From positions 29,264,001-29,328,000 of the forward strand of contig OZ241827.1 of the NCBI GenBank assembly GCA_965202585.1: 64,000 bases of DNA, written 5' to 3'. The stretch is from Thalia democratica (Eukaryota). Numbering within the stretch: position 1 is the stretch's first letter; every line of letters starts with the position of its first letter. The notes beneath the pieces were generated by a model. That model did no database searches, had not been told where the DNA came from, and worked only from the letters and a program-made list of their open reading frames with translations. This document shows positions 15,301 through 28,600 of the stretch, piece after piece. A program made the position numbers and the translations under genes.

Positions 15301-18300
15301 AAAATAATACTGTATCTTGTAAAAATTTTTCTAACCTGTTCGAAGGCTTGTTTGAATTTCATGTGAATAATGAATGCATGAGTTAGCACGAGTGGAATCA
15401 CTTTCGCACTTTCAAGTGACAAATCATTAACAAGCTACTAGCTGGGTTTAACTTTTCTATTTAATTCTTTAAATCCTTGTTTATCTTTTTTCTTGTGTTT
15501 TTTAAACCGAAATGGTTATATAACACTTTATAGTCGACTATCTTTCGCTAACAAAAACTCTTGCATGTATATAAATTCAAAGTTAATACTAATTGAATTA
15601 AGTTCTCAATAAATAAAAACTTACTAAACCTCTTCAGCAATATGAATTTTCAAATAAACTTAAAATAGTTATTAATATCTAACTAGGCTACTTAGCTGTA
15701 TTTAAACTGGCACGTACTAATCACTCGTAAATTTTGAGGGTGAAAGATTTTCAATTTATCGCTCTAGTTAAAACATGTTGAATCAAGAAGCAATCTTACC
15801 GTTTTAACGTCAAATTTTGGTTATTAAAAAGCTTGAGTTATTCTCATTATTATTGAATTTAATTTTTTTTGCCGATGGCAATTATAAAGCCGCCAAGCAT
15901 ATCTAAAATATTGAAAAAGCCAAGGCAGTCATTAAACTCACATACACCAATTTACACACTAAATAGAAAATCTAAAGCAAAACATAAATTTTCAAAAATA
16001 CTTGGGTAAATATGCTTGATTTTAAAATACTTGCATTTTTCCATTAATCATAAGCTTTACGCATTTCGGCGCTTTTATACATTTTTCCGCCTTAAACTGT
16101 CACATTAAAGAAAATTTTAAGCAATTACAACCATTTGTCAAAAATTACTATAGCAAAATTACACAACAAAACATTTTTAAAAGACCACCAATTTTTGAAT
16201 AGAATAGTTTCTTTCTCGAATGCTATTGCCATAATGGAGTTTTTATGTTGTAAGTAGTTTATAAAAAACATTTAAATTAAATTAGTTTTGAGGTGACTAT
16301 GTAAAACAAACTCAAACGTTTCTAAGTAACTGATGTGTTTATATAATGAGCTAATTTGATTCTACTATTTTTAAGCTACTATGTTTACATATACAATACA
16401 CTCTATAAAGTCTAACTTTATGTTGAACATCTGGAGAAGCTATTGTTTAAATTTTTGACGTAAACTTTAGTAATTTTTTATAATCACAATTTTTTTTTTA
16501 AACTAAAATAATCTCATTCGAACTAATAAACTTTGAACACTAATTAATTTAATTACTACATATTTACAAATAAAACTGCGCTTAAAATCTTTTTTCAATT
16601 GATAGTTTTAGCAAAATCATTTCCTATCTATGCTATCACTTTTCAATGCATTCAAATTCCACATGAAGATTCACCTTCAGCTCGAAAAAACTGTTCATTT
16701 AAAAGTTTCAATTATATATTCATCGAAGCTAAAAATGTAGTAGAATACAAACAACAGTTATTAAGCAAAGCTTTTTAGTTATGCTGATTAATCAAACTAG
16801 CATGCAAAAGTTACATAGACTACAAATTGAATAACATGCAATTAATTACAACAAGTTATACTCGGATTAGACTATTAAATCATGCAAGTTATTGACTTCT
16901 GATGTACAAAAACTAGTCGTGACAAATAATGAAACTTCACCACTCTAACTCATGAATGTTATGTACTACTCTTGACAAATTAAAACAGTTGTGAAAAACT
17001 ACAATTAGTTTATTATAATGTATTTAATAATACTAGAATGTGTGTGATTCAAACAGTTTTATTTCATCCAGCTATCGAGTTAAAATTACAAGAAAAATCA
17101 TTTACACTGAATAAGTTCAAAACAAACAACAAACGTATGCACAATGCAGTGACAAGAAAATAAATAAAAACTTAAAATAATTTTTTGTGATGTAACAAAT
17201 ATATTAGCTGACATCAAAATTGAAGTGTTGCAAAAGTAAACAAAAATGTAGATAGAGATAGCAAAACTTTAAGATTTTTTGATATTTATATTGCTTTAAA
17301 CACGTTAGAATGTTAACTAAAGTAGCTGTGTTTAATGATGAGTCATGATTCAGAAATGTACGTGTGAATGAATAAATTTATTTACTAAAATTTAAAAAAT
17401 TATAGTAACCAATGAGGAAACTTTAAATTTAAGACCCTTCTACTAAATAAAATTTTGCACAAGATGACTCATACTCAAACAAAACAAGTTTTAGACAGTT
17501 TACACAGCTATAAAAGAGATAAAAAACAAAAATAGGTCAAAATTCAAACTCTCTATTTAAAAATAAAATTCTGTCAGTAATTGCATTATATATAAAAAAA
17601 ATTATACAAAAAATGAGGATTGCATGAAAACGAAAACACTAGTTTTGTTTTAAAATACAACTTTTTGTCTCTTAACACCTTATAAAAATTATTTGCATTT
17701 CAAAGTTACTATTTTTTATGATTCTTTTTTAAAATTATATTAATGCTGCTGTCTACATCACACACAAACACACGGAAGAAAAAGGAAATTTTCAAGCAAA
17801 CTATTGCAACACTTTGAAACTGTCCCAGAGCTTTTGCTGCTGCGCTTTCACACTCTAACCTTGCTGTTTGACAATGAGATGCGATGCGGCCCTGTTCATG
17901 CCTCCCTTGTCGTCCCGACCCACGCATATGTACAGCCCACCGTCGCTCAGCTGGACGTTTTCCACCCTCAGCAGGCCGTTGTCGTCGGTGTACGCACTTT
18001 CTGGCAGCTGTCTGCCCGGTCTTAGCCATCTCAGTTGGTGGTTACCCTGTTTATTGAGTTAATTTGTACTTTTTTGAACAAAGATTAGTTCATTTTTAAC
18101 TTAAAATAGTTTTTATTGGATATTTTATTCCTAAAAATGACTTAACATGTCAGTAAAACTACGGTGTTTATTTTAAAAGGAACTTGATAAATTCAGATAA
18201 AAATAACTTAAGTAATTTATGATAGTTTATTTGGTAACTCAATAATTAAAAGTAACAAACCGAGCTACTTTGAGCTTGGCATCTGAACTCAACATCTTGA

Positions 18301-21300
18301 CCAACGACCACATGCTTCATTGTCGGGGATTGTATATTTACTTTGATAGGTATGTATGGGTCTGTAAATTAGTGTTTGCTTTAGTTTTTTTACTTTAGTG
18401 GATGGAATTTTTATAAAAAAACATGAATAAAAAAGTACAATAGATAATATTAAATTAATAACATAAAATCAGTATGTTAGACAAAAAGCACCAGTTGTTA
18501 AGAATTTGTACACAAGCTTGATTTAGTAAAAAAAAAGTATCGATTATAATATGATGGAAAAAAAGTTAAGCTAAAATACTTCATGGTTTAAAGCAGTGGT
18601 CGTCAAGGTGTACATTGGTGCACACTAGTGTGCACGAAATTTATTTTGAGGTGCACAAAACTTATGGGTACACAAAACTCATTTAGGGGTGCTCAAAATT
18701 TAAAGACTACAAAAAAAATCCAGTCTTTATTATAATATTTATCTAGTTTAAGCGACATAAAAGTATTAAATATACATTTTAAGAGTACTGTACTAGGAAT
18801 TTTGTTGTGATTGTGGAGATGTGTTTAATTAATAAGTATGTAAGACAAAGCTATATAATTAAAATACCATTGTGCAAACAAGGTAAACCAAATAGAAAGG
18901 TTCATTAAAAACAGGATCAAAAGATAAATTCTAGTTTTAGTTGTTAAAAGGTTTGCATGTAAATATAAACTGAGTAAACTTTGAAGGAGAGATGCATTAG
19001 TAAAAGTGTTTATGTAGTGACACCACTAGCGGCGTTTATTAAAATTTGATCTTGGGGTACACCAATTTTATTTTTTTTGCATTTTGGTGTACACATATTT
19101 TGATCAGCTTGACGACCACTGGTTTAAAGGATTGTATTTTAGAAAACAGTTTTGAAGTTACAATGTCTATTTTTTCCATAAAACTATCATAGCAACTAAG
19201 TTACTTCGTTTTTATGAAAAAAATTACATTTGCATTAATAAACACTTTAAATACACAAAGCGTTTTATACTCTGTTTTAACTGACTAGATGCAAACACGG
19301 TGGCAGTGTCGCTTCCTTCACCATACTTGTTCTCAGCCACGCACTTAAACTTTCCCGCGTCCGCCGGCCTGAAGTTCCTGAACTGCAGCACCAGCCCGTT
19401 CTCAATGACCTGCACGGTGTTGGGCAGCTCGTGAACGTCCACACCTGCTTTTGTCACTCGCTTCCACGTCACTGTGGCGTCTACAGGGCTCACTACTTGG
19501 CAACTGTGTTGTAAAATAGTCGGTACTAAAAACTACTTGATAGGATTTTTGTTAAATTTTGTTTATTAAGAAAAGTAAGGTCTGTGTTTAATGCATAAGC
19601 ACTGCTATAACTCATTTTTTAAACTCACTTCAAAAACAGAGATTCTCCTTCTCTCAGCTGGACGTTTTTCGGGTAAACTTCGACTTCAGGGGGTCTGCGG
19701 CAACTCGTGCAATCAGTCATTATTTTTGCTGCAAAGAAACTTTAATCATTTAAAACACTTGAAAGATCAAATGTGATCTTTTACATTTATTTAAGTTTCA
19801 AACGAACAACAGGCTTCAAACGTGTTCTTGATTTTTTGTTATTTTTTGTCAAAACACTACAATCAAAACTAAAAAAATTGCAAAACATAGTTTCATGTTT
19901 TGAAACAATCATCAAACTGTTTTTTTAAGTTCCTGTTTGTTAGACAATAAACAGCTTTGTCAAATCTGGGTTTGACTAATATATCACTAGTTTAATTCCA
20001 GCCATATCAATTGTATAGAAATTTTAAGCTTTTTTAGCAAATATCACAACTATATTGCTTAAGCAATTACATTAAAAGACATAAACTGAATCAACAAAGC
20101 AAAACTAACAGTCGACGGGGATACATTGCCCTCCGGAAATTCTTGGGTTGCTATCGTAACCATCGGCACATTTCTCACACTGTTTGCCTTGATACCCACG
20201 AGGACACCTGTCACACACAATATCGCCCACTGAATCGAACTCACATGTTGGAATTTCTGCCTCTGTGCAGCTGTTTTGAAATTTGAAAATCTCAAACTGC
20301 TTTTATCGAAACAGCTTTTAAATACTTATGTAAATTATAAACTGAAAATTCAATAATGATTTGTAAACTTTAACCAAGGCTGTTTAGCACTCGAAATTAA
20401 CATTTACCTAAACTACATATAGCAGTTAAAAAAAAAGCTATTTACAACAATTATAAATAGTTAGCTGCTAGACCAGCGAACCGTAAAGTAGGCGATTTTG
20501 ACAGGCTAGTGGGCAATAAATAGTAAAAAATTTGATTTTAAGTTTGTAGGAATCATTTTTTTGAATCTGAGTTTTAACTAACTGTTTTGTATACTTATAT
20601 AAATACACTTTTTACTACAGTGAAAACTTAAAAAAAATATTTTGCTTAAAATAATAGTATTAACTTGTAAGTATAACACATCTCAAAAATATTTTAAAGT
20701 AAATAGCTTTGAATTTTTTAAACTAACTTTCTGTTACAAAATTTATACCAGCTAGTTAAAGTTTAAGTTGATTTGTAAAAACTTTATATTGTTGTGATCC
20801 ATTTAGAATAAACTTAACTTAAAGCCTTGCTATTTTTTTGTAGCTGTTTTAAATGTTTTAGTAGTTGAATTATTTTAAAATTATTAAACTCTAAAAAGAT
20901 ATTTGCTTTGCTCTCATTCTGTCTGTTTATTCTTTAGTTTGATTGGATAACAAAAAGTATCAAAAGCGCAAGAAAGTAAAACTTTTACATAATAAATTTA
21001 AATTTAAACAACTCTATTTTTTACTTTGCTTTCCTAGGGCACGGACATTCCCTACATGGGTTTGTTTTGGGTTCATCCGGGTGTCGGTAGAAGCCCCGCT
21101 TACAGTTCTCACAGCTTTCACCCTCAGTGTTGCCAGAACAAACCTGTTAAAATAATAATACTTTAAGCGTTTGAACGAAAATAAAGGGTCAAATTTATTT
21201 TATTAAACTAAACGGTACCAATTTTATCAATTTTTTTTAAATAATTTAGTTATACTTTTACGAGATAAGCTTTATAAAAACTGTGATTGCTGTTTTAAGT

Positions 21301-24300
21301 GTTAGTTCATTACAGAAACTAACCAGACAGCTTCCACTGTTAGCATCGCATTCATCACTGTGTGAGTTGCAGTCACATGACTGGCAATAACCTAAGTACT
21401 CGCCCGTATGATTTCTTGTGTACCCTGGTGCACAGTCCTAAATGTTTGTTATGAAAAGAGTTTATACTGTTAAGCTCACTTCTGATAAACAAACTAGTAA
21501 CAGATTTTTAATTTAAATTTATTTGTATCATTTTAGCTCAATTCGTTTTCTTTCATTTTGAAAAAATTTGTGTAAAAAACTTTTAAGTAAGTACAATTTT
21601 CCAAACACTTTATGATTTCCAGGTAAGAAGTTATTAAAAGTATGCACATCCTCGTTTTCACTTATGTTAAAAAATTAAAAGATGTTCTTATTAATTCTAA
21701 TGTTGAGAGCCTCACCTCGCAAGAAAAGCCTTCGTAACCGTCCGGACATTCACACTGTTCAACTGCAAAAGCCGGCTCCAGTTGTAAGTCGTCTTCCCTG
21801 GCGGTTTCCATGGAAACGTAAGCAATGCCAGTTGCACGTTGGTCATTGTTGAACTTTGCTTGCACGAAAATAGCGTCCAAATCAGCCAACACCATGAGCA
21901 TGTCCTCCCTTGAAGCCGGTTGCTGCTCGTGATAGTGTTGCCAAGACCTCTGTTGAGTTGTTTTGAATATCAACAGATTTTATTGATATTGTTATGATCC
22001 ATAATAAGTATAAACAAAGTAAATGAATGATTTATTGTTTTATACTGTAAATAGTTATAGTTTCAATTAACTTATTAAAATAAACAACGTGTTTGAATAA
22101 AGTGGAAGTTCTTCGAAGTTGTTATCTTTATTGGTAAACACAGAAAATAAAGTTTAAAAACACTTTAAGATGGTTAGAATAAATTAAAGTTATTAGTTTG
22201 AAGAGCCCGAAAGTAATAAAATTCAACTTGTTGCTATATAAAATCATTTAAAATACTTCTTTAAGCTTTGTAACATATCCCATTCTATCTGAGGCGTCAT
22301 CGTGTTCTCCCTTTTTAATCTTTACTGCTTGAAGAAGCATGTTGTTACCACTAATCAACACTTTTGGTCTAAATCTCCTCCTAGATCTCAGATTGCTTGG
22401 AAGACTTGTTAGAGTGAACTCAAGTTTTCCTCCGTAAGAAACAACCTTTGTAGTAAAAACTGCTTTTAAACTTATAAATTTATAATATTGGTTACGTACT
22501 ACGATATAAAATCATACCAAGTATAGTATTGGAAAAAAATATTTTAAAATAGTCAAACAAACTTCTTAAAGTAAATTATCACACTATTTAAATAACAGAA
22601 AGTGCTAGTATTTTTGTTTGTTTAAAACAGAGGTATTGTATGTTACACTCATTTAAAATACTACTCTTAAAAAGACCTATAGCTGTGTCAATTTAGAAAA
22701 TAACTTTAAAGACAACCTTGTCTCCAAGGAAATCATCATCAAATCTCCAGTACAATTCGATATTTTTTGGGATGGAATTAAGTTTTGGGTAAAATATTTC
22801 TTTTCCATCACCGGAATATTCTATATCTCGCATTTCTTTAAAACTACCATCAATATCACTTAAGTAAAAGAAGTGTTCTGATGCGAAGTCTGCATTTATC
22901 TGTTTAAAGATGATTTAAAGTAGTTTTAAAACGTATTATACCAACATAAACAAAATCTAAAATAAAATGTATACCTAGCTCAAAACTTTATTAAAAGCAA
23001 AGCGCTGAATATAATTACTTCTTTTCTAAATGTTTCTTAAAAATAAAAAATATATTTAAATAAGTTATTGTACTTATTTTGACTTTTTTAAAAGTTATTT
23101 TAGACTATTATAATCATCCTTTATTGTAAGTTCTCGAATAATGAAAAGTAGCAAGTTTATTCACTTGAACTCTCTTAAGTTTTGAGTTGGAGTTGCATTG
23201 TTGTGTGATTCCCATACAGAAACAAGGGGTGCATCCTGAGCCATCTTCCTTTTCCAAATTATACTGGAACAAGCCCTTCTTGCATTCGGTGCATGATGGG
23301 CCTTCATAGTCTTCCTGTAAAAATTTAATGAACTTAAAAGACATTATAATAATTTAAGTTATATATTTTAGTTCGAATTTTTTTAGATAGTTACTTACTT
23401 TTTGTGTTAGTTTCAAAAACGTTTTCAACTGTCTAAATCTAAAACTAGCTTTTGTATGTAAAAAAAACATCTTAAATATTTTAATATATAATTATTATTA
23501 GTTTTAAACACAGATTTACTAACACTAATAATTACCATTAAAAACTCAAAAAGGTAACAATTATCTTGAAATGTTAATCTACAAAAAACTTATACAACCT
23601 TATTAACAAAAACTGTAGTACCAAATTAAATTTTTTTTTAAATAAAGTTAAGAAACTTATTCACGGAAAAATAATATCTCAAAGAAATAATTTGTAAAAA
23701 TGTTCAAGTCTCTAAACAACTTTCAAACTTAAATAAATGTTTAAAATATTCAGTGTATAACTTATTTACATGTATTCCGCTAAAAACTAAATTTTTTTTA
23801 ACTTTGCCTTAATAATTGTTGTAATACGTCAGGTAAGTTGCATGTAGATGTAAGTCAACTTTTTACATGATGTAATTAGCAAAATAAAAAAGGAAACGTC
23901 TGATAAAAACTATAAAAGGACTGCACGAATGTTTATAAAAGCTCAAGGTGTGGCTTTGGCTCATATGATTTCATTAAGCCTGTTTTGCAAAAAAAAAAAC
24001 AGCAATTTTGTATTTCAAGGGTAAGTCGGGTAGTAGTAAGGAAATGACACAGAAAAAGACACAAAAGCAAAATTTAAGGAAAAGTCACGGTTGTTTTAGC
24101 GTGTGTCAATTGGCCGATGAAGTAAACAGTTTTGACGACGGAAATGAAAGTAAATTAAACGCGCTTTTGAAAATGTATACTACTACACAAAGAAAGTAAA
24201 CTTTCTTATATCAAATGAGTTTTCATTACAATTGAACTTTTTTCCAACTTGTTTAACATGCGGGTATTGTCGTACATGAAGTTTGATAAATTTACGTTAA

Positions 24301-25616
24301 TTTTAAACTTTCCCACACGTTTTATATCCATTTGAAAAACGTATTATAGAAAAGTGGACAAACAAACAACGCTTAATCCTTGTATAAATAAGTATTAAGA
24401 TAAAGTTTCTTCGGTTTACAAAGTAATTATTTGTTTTAGTATTATGTTTACTTACTAGTTACTAGGTTATTGAAATAATAAAAAGTTTAATGAATTATAT
24501 TAACCTCTGTTGTACCAGTTTGTGCTGTGTTAAAAAGGTATAAGAAAAAAATAAGACATAAGTTTATACACCGGTATATAATTATAAATATGTATATATT
24601 TTCATAGCTTATATTTTACAACTTAAAAAAGTGAGTAGATTACAGTAAAAAATGATCATACTAAATTTTAATTAGGAGCAACCAATATTAACCTTAAAGT
24701 AGCTCCTTTTTCAGTATAAAGTTTTTATATAACATGTTTAAATTTAAAACTGTGTTTGTGTATTTAAATGAATAAAACACAGTTAAACGAAAAAGTGCGT
24801 AATTATAAGTTCTTCGTTTTATATTAGTTGAATTGTAAAAGCCAATGTTATAAAAACATTTTTATATAAGTGACATAATATAACTCTCAACTTCTAATTT
24901 AAAATATAAAATACTAAGACAATGACGCAAGTTAATTTTTTAATTACACTATTAGTTGAAATATTTTATCAGTTTTACATGTCTTAACCAAAATAAAACC
25001 AAATACAAAAAGAAGTCTCTTAAAATTTATTACGAGTAAAAACTGCTGTTTTAAGCTAAAGAAGATTAAAAAAACATTTATTATTCCAAAATTTAAACAT
25101 TTTAAAGTAGTCAATTCTTATATTATTTTTAACTTGAATTTAAATAAAACAACTTATTTTAGCTTATGTTTGTTTAAGTTATTAATTGTCCACTTAAATT
25201 GTTTTTATCAACAGAATATATGAAATAAAATAAAATATAATGATAATTTAATAATGTGTTTTAAACTGTGCGCATACTAAAAAATAGCAAAAAGTGTATA
25301 AAAGACTATGGAAGTTTAATGTATTTATAGCCTGATATTTCAGAGAATTACCAAAAGACATCTAAAACAATATGCAGTACGTATACAATTGTGATTAAAT
25401 ATACATATATATATATATATATATTACATATGATAATTACATAATATTTTTAATGATTTACTTAGTGACGTAACAATCCTTAAAGTTTTTGCTTAATTTC
25501 ATGTACATTTTGACTTATGTTTTAAAATATTATCACAATAAACAAACTGAAGATCTGTTCTGCTTAACAGAGTAGTGAAACAATTGTATTTGTAAAACGC
25601 TGTGTTTTATTAATAT

Positions 25617-25664
<48 letters not shown>

Positions 25665-28600
25665 TTTTTATATACTTTTTATATATCTTCACTAACTGTA
25701 CCTGATGTATTATACAGAATGACTTTATAATTTTAAGTTCATAACTTAAATCAAATGAAGTATTACTTTGTTTTAAGCATAAATATATCCAATGGTTTTT
25801 ACCGCAGTTAATTTTTGTTCTAATTATAATGTGTTTTGGTATTGCGATTGAACTACTTAATTTTGATTGGCAAAAATATTTTTTTAGTCTAAAAACTACA
25901 GTGTCGTATCTTATGATAAAATGTTTCAAAAATTAAAATTCCTTCAGAGCTTTACTTTTTACAATACAAGTATTCACCGTGAAATGTTTTAGTTACAATT
26001 TATTTTAACGTTTTTAGTTATTATTTATCAAACTATATATATATTTTTTTATTACTTATGATATTTTGTCTTAGCATTCAATTCTTTTTACTTAAAATAA
26101 TTTTAGCTTTAAAAAAATATTGATACAAAAAAAAACTACAATTTTTTAACTATGTACCTAAATTCTTTACTCTCAATCTTTGATTCTTAAACAAGTTGTT
26201 CTAGTTCTAAAGCAAGTCTTATAATTGAAGAAAAAGTATTTAGCTGTGTGTTTACTGTGGAACTTTAGACAAATATAAACATTTGTATAAATAGTAAAAG
26301 AACAGTATACTCTCAAAGAAAATTTAACAAACACACTTTAATGTAACTGCGAACTTAACTTACTTTGCATTTACATTGACCGTTGTCACCGCATTCTTTA
26401 CCATATGATCCGTTTTCATCACAGTCACAGCTTCCTTCCTTGATGCACACCACTTCCTCTGATATGCTTGTGTCTCTCTCATAACCATGAGAACATCTAG
26501 AATAAGTATGTTTTAATAAAAAAACAATAAACTGCACTACAGTGGGTATAAGATGTTTAAAGTTTATTATTATCATTCTATTACTACAAACTATCAAAGT
26601 ATTAGTTATAAATATAAATATTATAAATATAAAATATTTTATAGTTTTTTTTAAATTATCAAGTGTTCGACCCTATCTAAAGTTTAAACCAGTGCGAAAA
26701 CAACAACCATTGCAACAAGCGACAAGTTTACTTGCAGCAGGTTAAAGAGCGAACAACTATTATGTACTGAACACCAGCGCGCACTGGTTATGGTTAATTA
26801 GCAGCGGATAATAAGGCGTGCACGCGGGCTGTGGAAAACAAGGAGCATAGCTGAACTGCTGTGTTTGCACTTTGCTTCAGATGCGAGCGGTAATTATTAT
26901 CCTTTGTTTTCGCGAAACACTCATATTTTGTCAGATCAAAAGAAGCGCACGTCATGTGTATAAAGAGCAACCCTTGTATTGATATATTAATTCAACAACA
27001 CTTGTTACGTGTGCAGCAGTATTATATAAAAACAATGAGTAATATGTTCGGAGTTTAAAGAGAGCATATACACTGAGACGCAATAATGTGGTATAAGAAC
27101 AGCACAAACTGAACTTCTGTACGTACGTAAAATAAAGTTGTTCTTTTAAATAAATAAACATCATAGACAGTAAGTAGTATGTAAAAATAACTAGTTATAT
27201 ATTGAAAATATATATAATTAGTGTATTTATAAAAGTTTTTTAAGTAAAAAATATTCCGTTATTTAATAAATTAAAAACTATACACCAAAGTATATCTTAA
27301 GTTTAATTTTTATGTTACAAAGAAAGTTTATCTTATAAGCATTTTTACTTTATACTATAGTTACAAAACAAATCTGTTGTACATAAGATGTTTAAAAGTC
27401 TTATAGTTTAAAACGTATTTAACAACAAAACATGTAAATTAAACCAATAATAAATCTTTAAAATAAGTTCAGGCTAAAACGTTCAAGTTTTCAGCTTTAA
27501 GTTGCTCTTAAATAAACTAACAGGTTGCACAGTGAACCGGTGTACCCTTCTGGGCACTCATCGCAATTCGGGTTGTTGAAGTTGTCAACGGTGCATTTCA
27601 GACCTTCCTGGCGACACGGACACATTTTACACTGTCCATCGTAAGGGTCCATAAAGTACCCGTCCATGCAAACCTCACAGTGGTCGCCCATAAAGTTACC
27701 ACGGCAATTCTGTAGTTGAGCGTTTCGATTGTAATAGTTAAAAATAAAAAACAGTATAAATCTAAGATAACTTTTTCATAAATATGTTTAATAATTTTTT
27801 TTTCGAAACTATTTCTAGTTTTCAAACTTAAATCTTAACTAAAATACTGCACTTCCTACTAAACAAGACAACGTGTGTTTAATGGATTTTGAATGATTCA
27901 ATAGTCAAAACTTAGCTATACCCACCAAACAAATACCGGTGACTGCATCACATTCGTTACTCCTTTCGTTACACTCGCAGTCACTTGTAATTTTTTCAAT
28001 TTTGCGACAAGTGAAACCGCCAAACACATCATTCCTCTCATAACCTTCTTCACAACTCTGTACATAAAACAATTGACTTTGAACTTTGCTTCGAATTTAT
28101 ATTTGTACAGTTATTTTTCCAGTAATCGAAATTCGATAAAGTTTAATAACTTTTGAACTTTTTATATTAGTGTATCAAAATAAATGAAATTATGTTATCT
28201 TGCTGTAATCAAAAGTAACACACTTAAAAACGATAAGTTAACTTATATTAATTAAAAGCTGAAGGGACTACATTATATATCAATTATAAAAAATACTCCT
28301 GTACTTTATCGAGCTATGCTCTTAGAATGTGTAAATACCACACACTGGCATTAGCATTAATGTGGATTTAGCCGTAGTCATGACAACAAACCTCGCATGA
28401 AAGACCTTGGTATCCCTCGGGACAGACGCACTCTTCAACTTCGAACGCCCTTTCTCTATTGCTAAGTGACACAGCTGTCTCTAAGTAGACATTTGAAAGT
28501 CTGTAATTTAAAAAACACTTTTAGGTTGTAAACGATTTACTTTTTAAATAAAAAATAAATTGAGTGCTAATAAAAATTATTAGTATTTAGTAATACTTAG

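Noticed and set aside
17709-18062. ORFs 17709-18029(-), 17804-18025(+) and 17868-18062(+), and similar ones at 32650-32874, 37011-37280 and 41614-41871
   Set aside because: Off-frame or antisense shadows of GC-rich perlecan exons
22446-22716. Intron flanked by the direct repeat AAGGTTGT (introner or TSD-like)
   Set aside because: The same intron position is present in all three laminin-B repeats, so it is ancestral; the repeat reflects protosplice consensus
25564-25929. 121-aa minus-strand ORF and other AT-rich ORFs (58100-58420, 8740-8973, 53349-53531)
   Set aside because: Low-complexity K/F/L/I/Y composition, alternative start codons, overlap with microsatellites or a MITE
28340-28391. 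Read-through of the exon 24 donor giving CEVCCHDYG-stop
   Set aside because: No UTR-like or motif support; short Cys-containing read-through is plausibly chance
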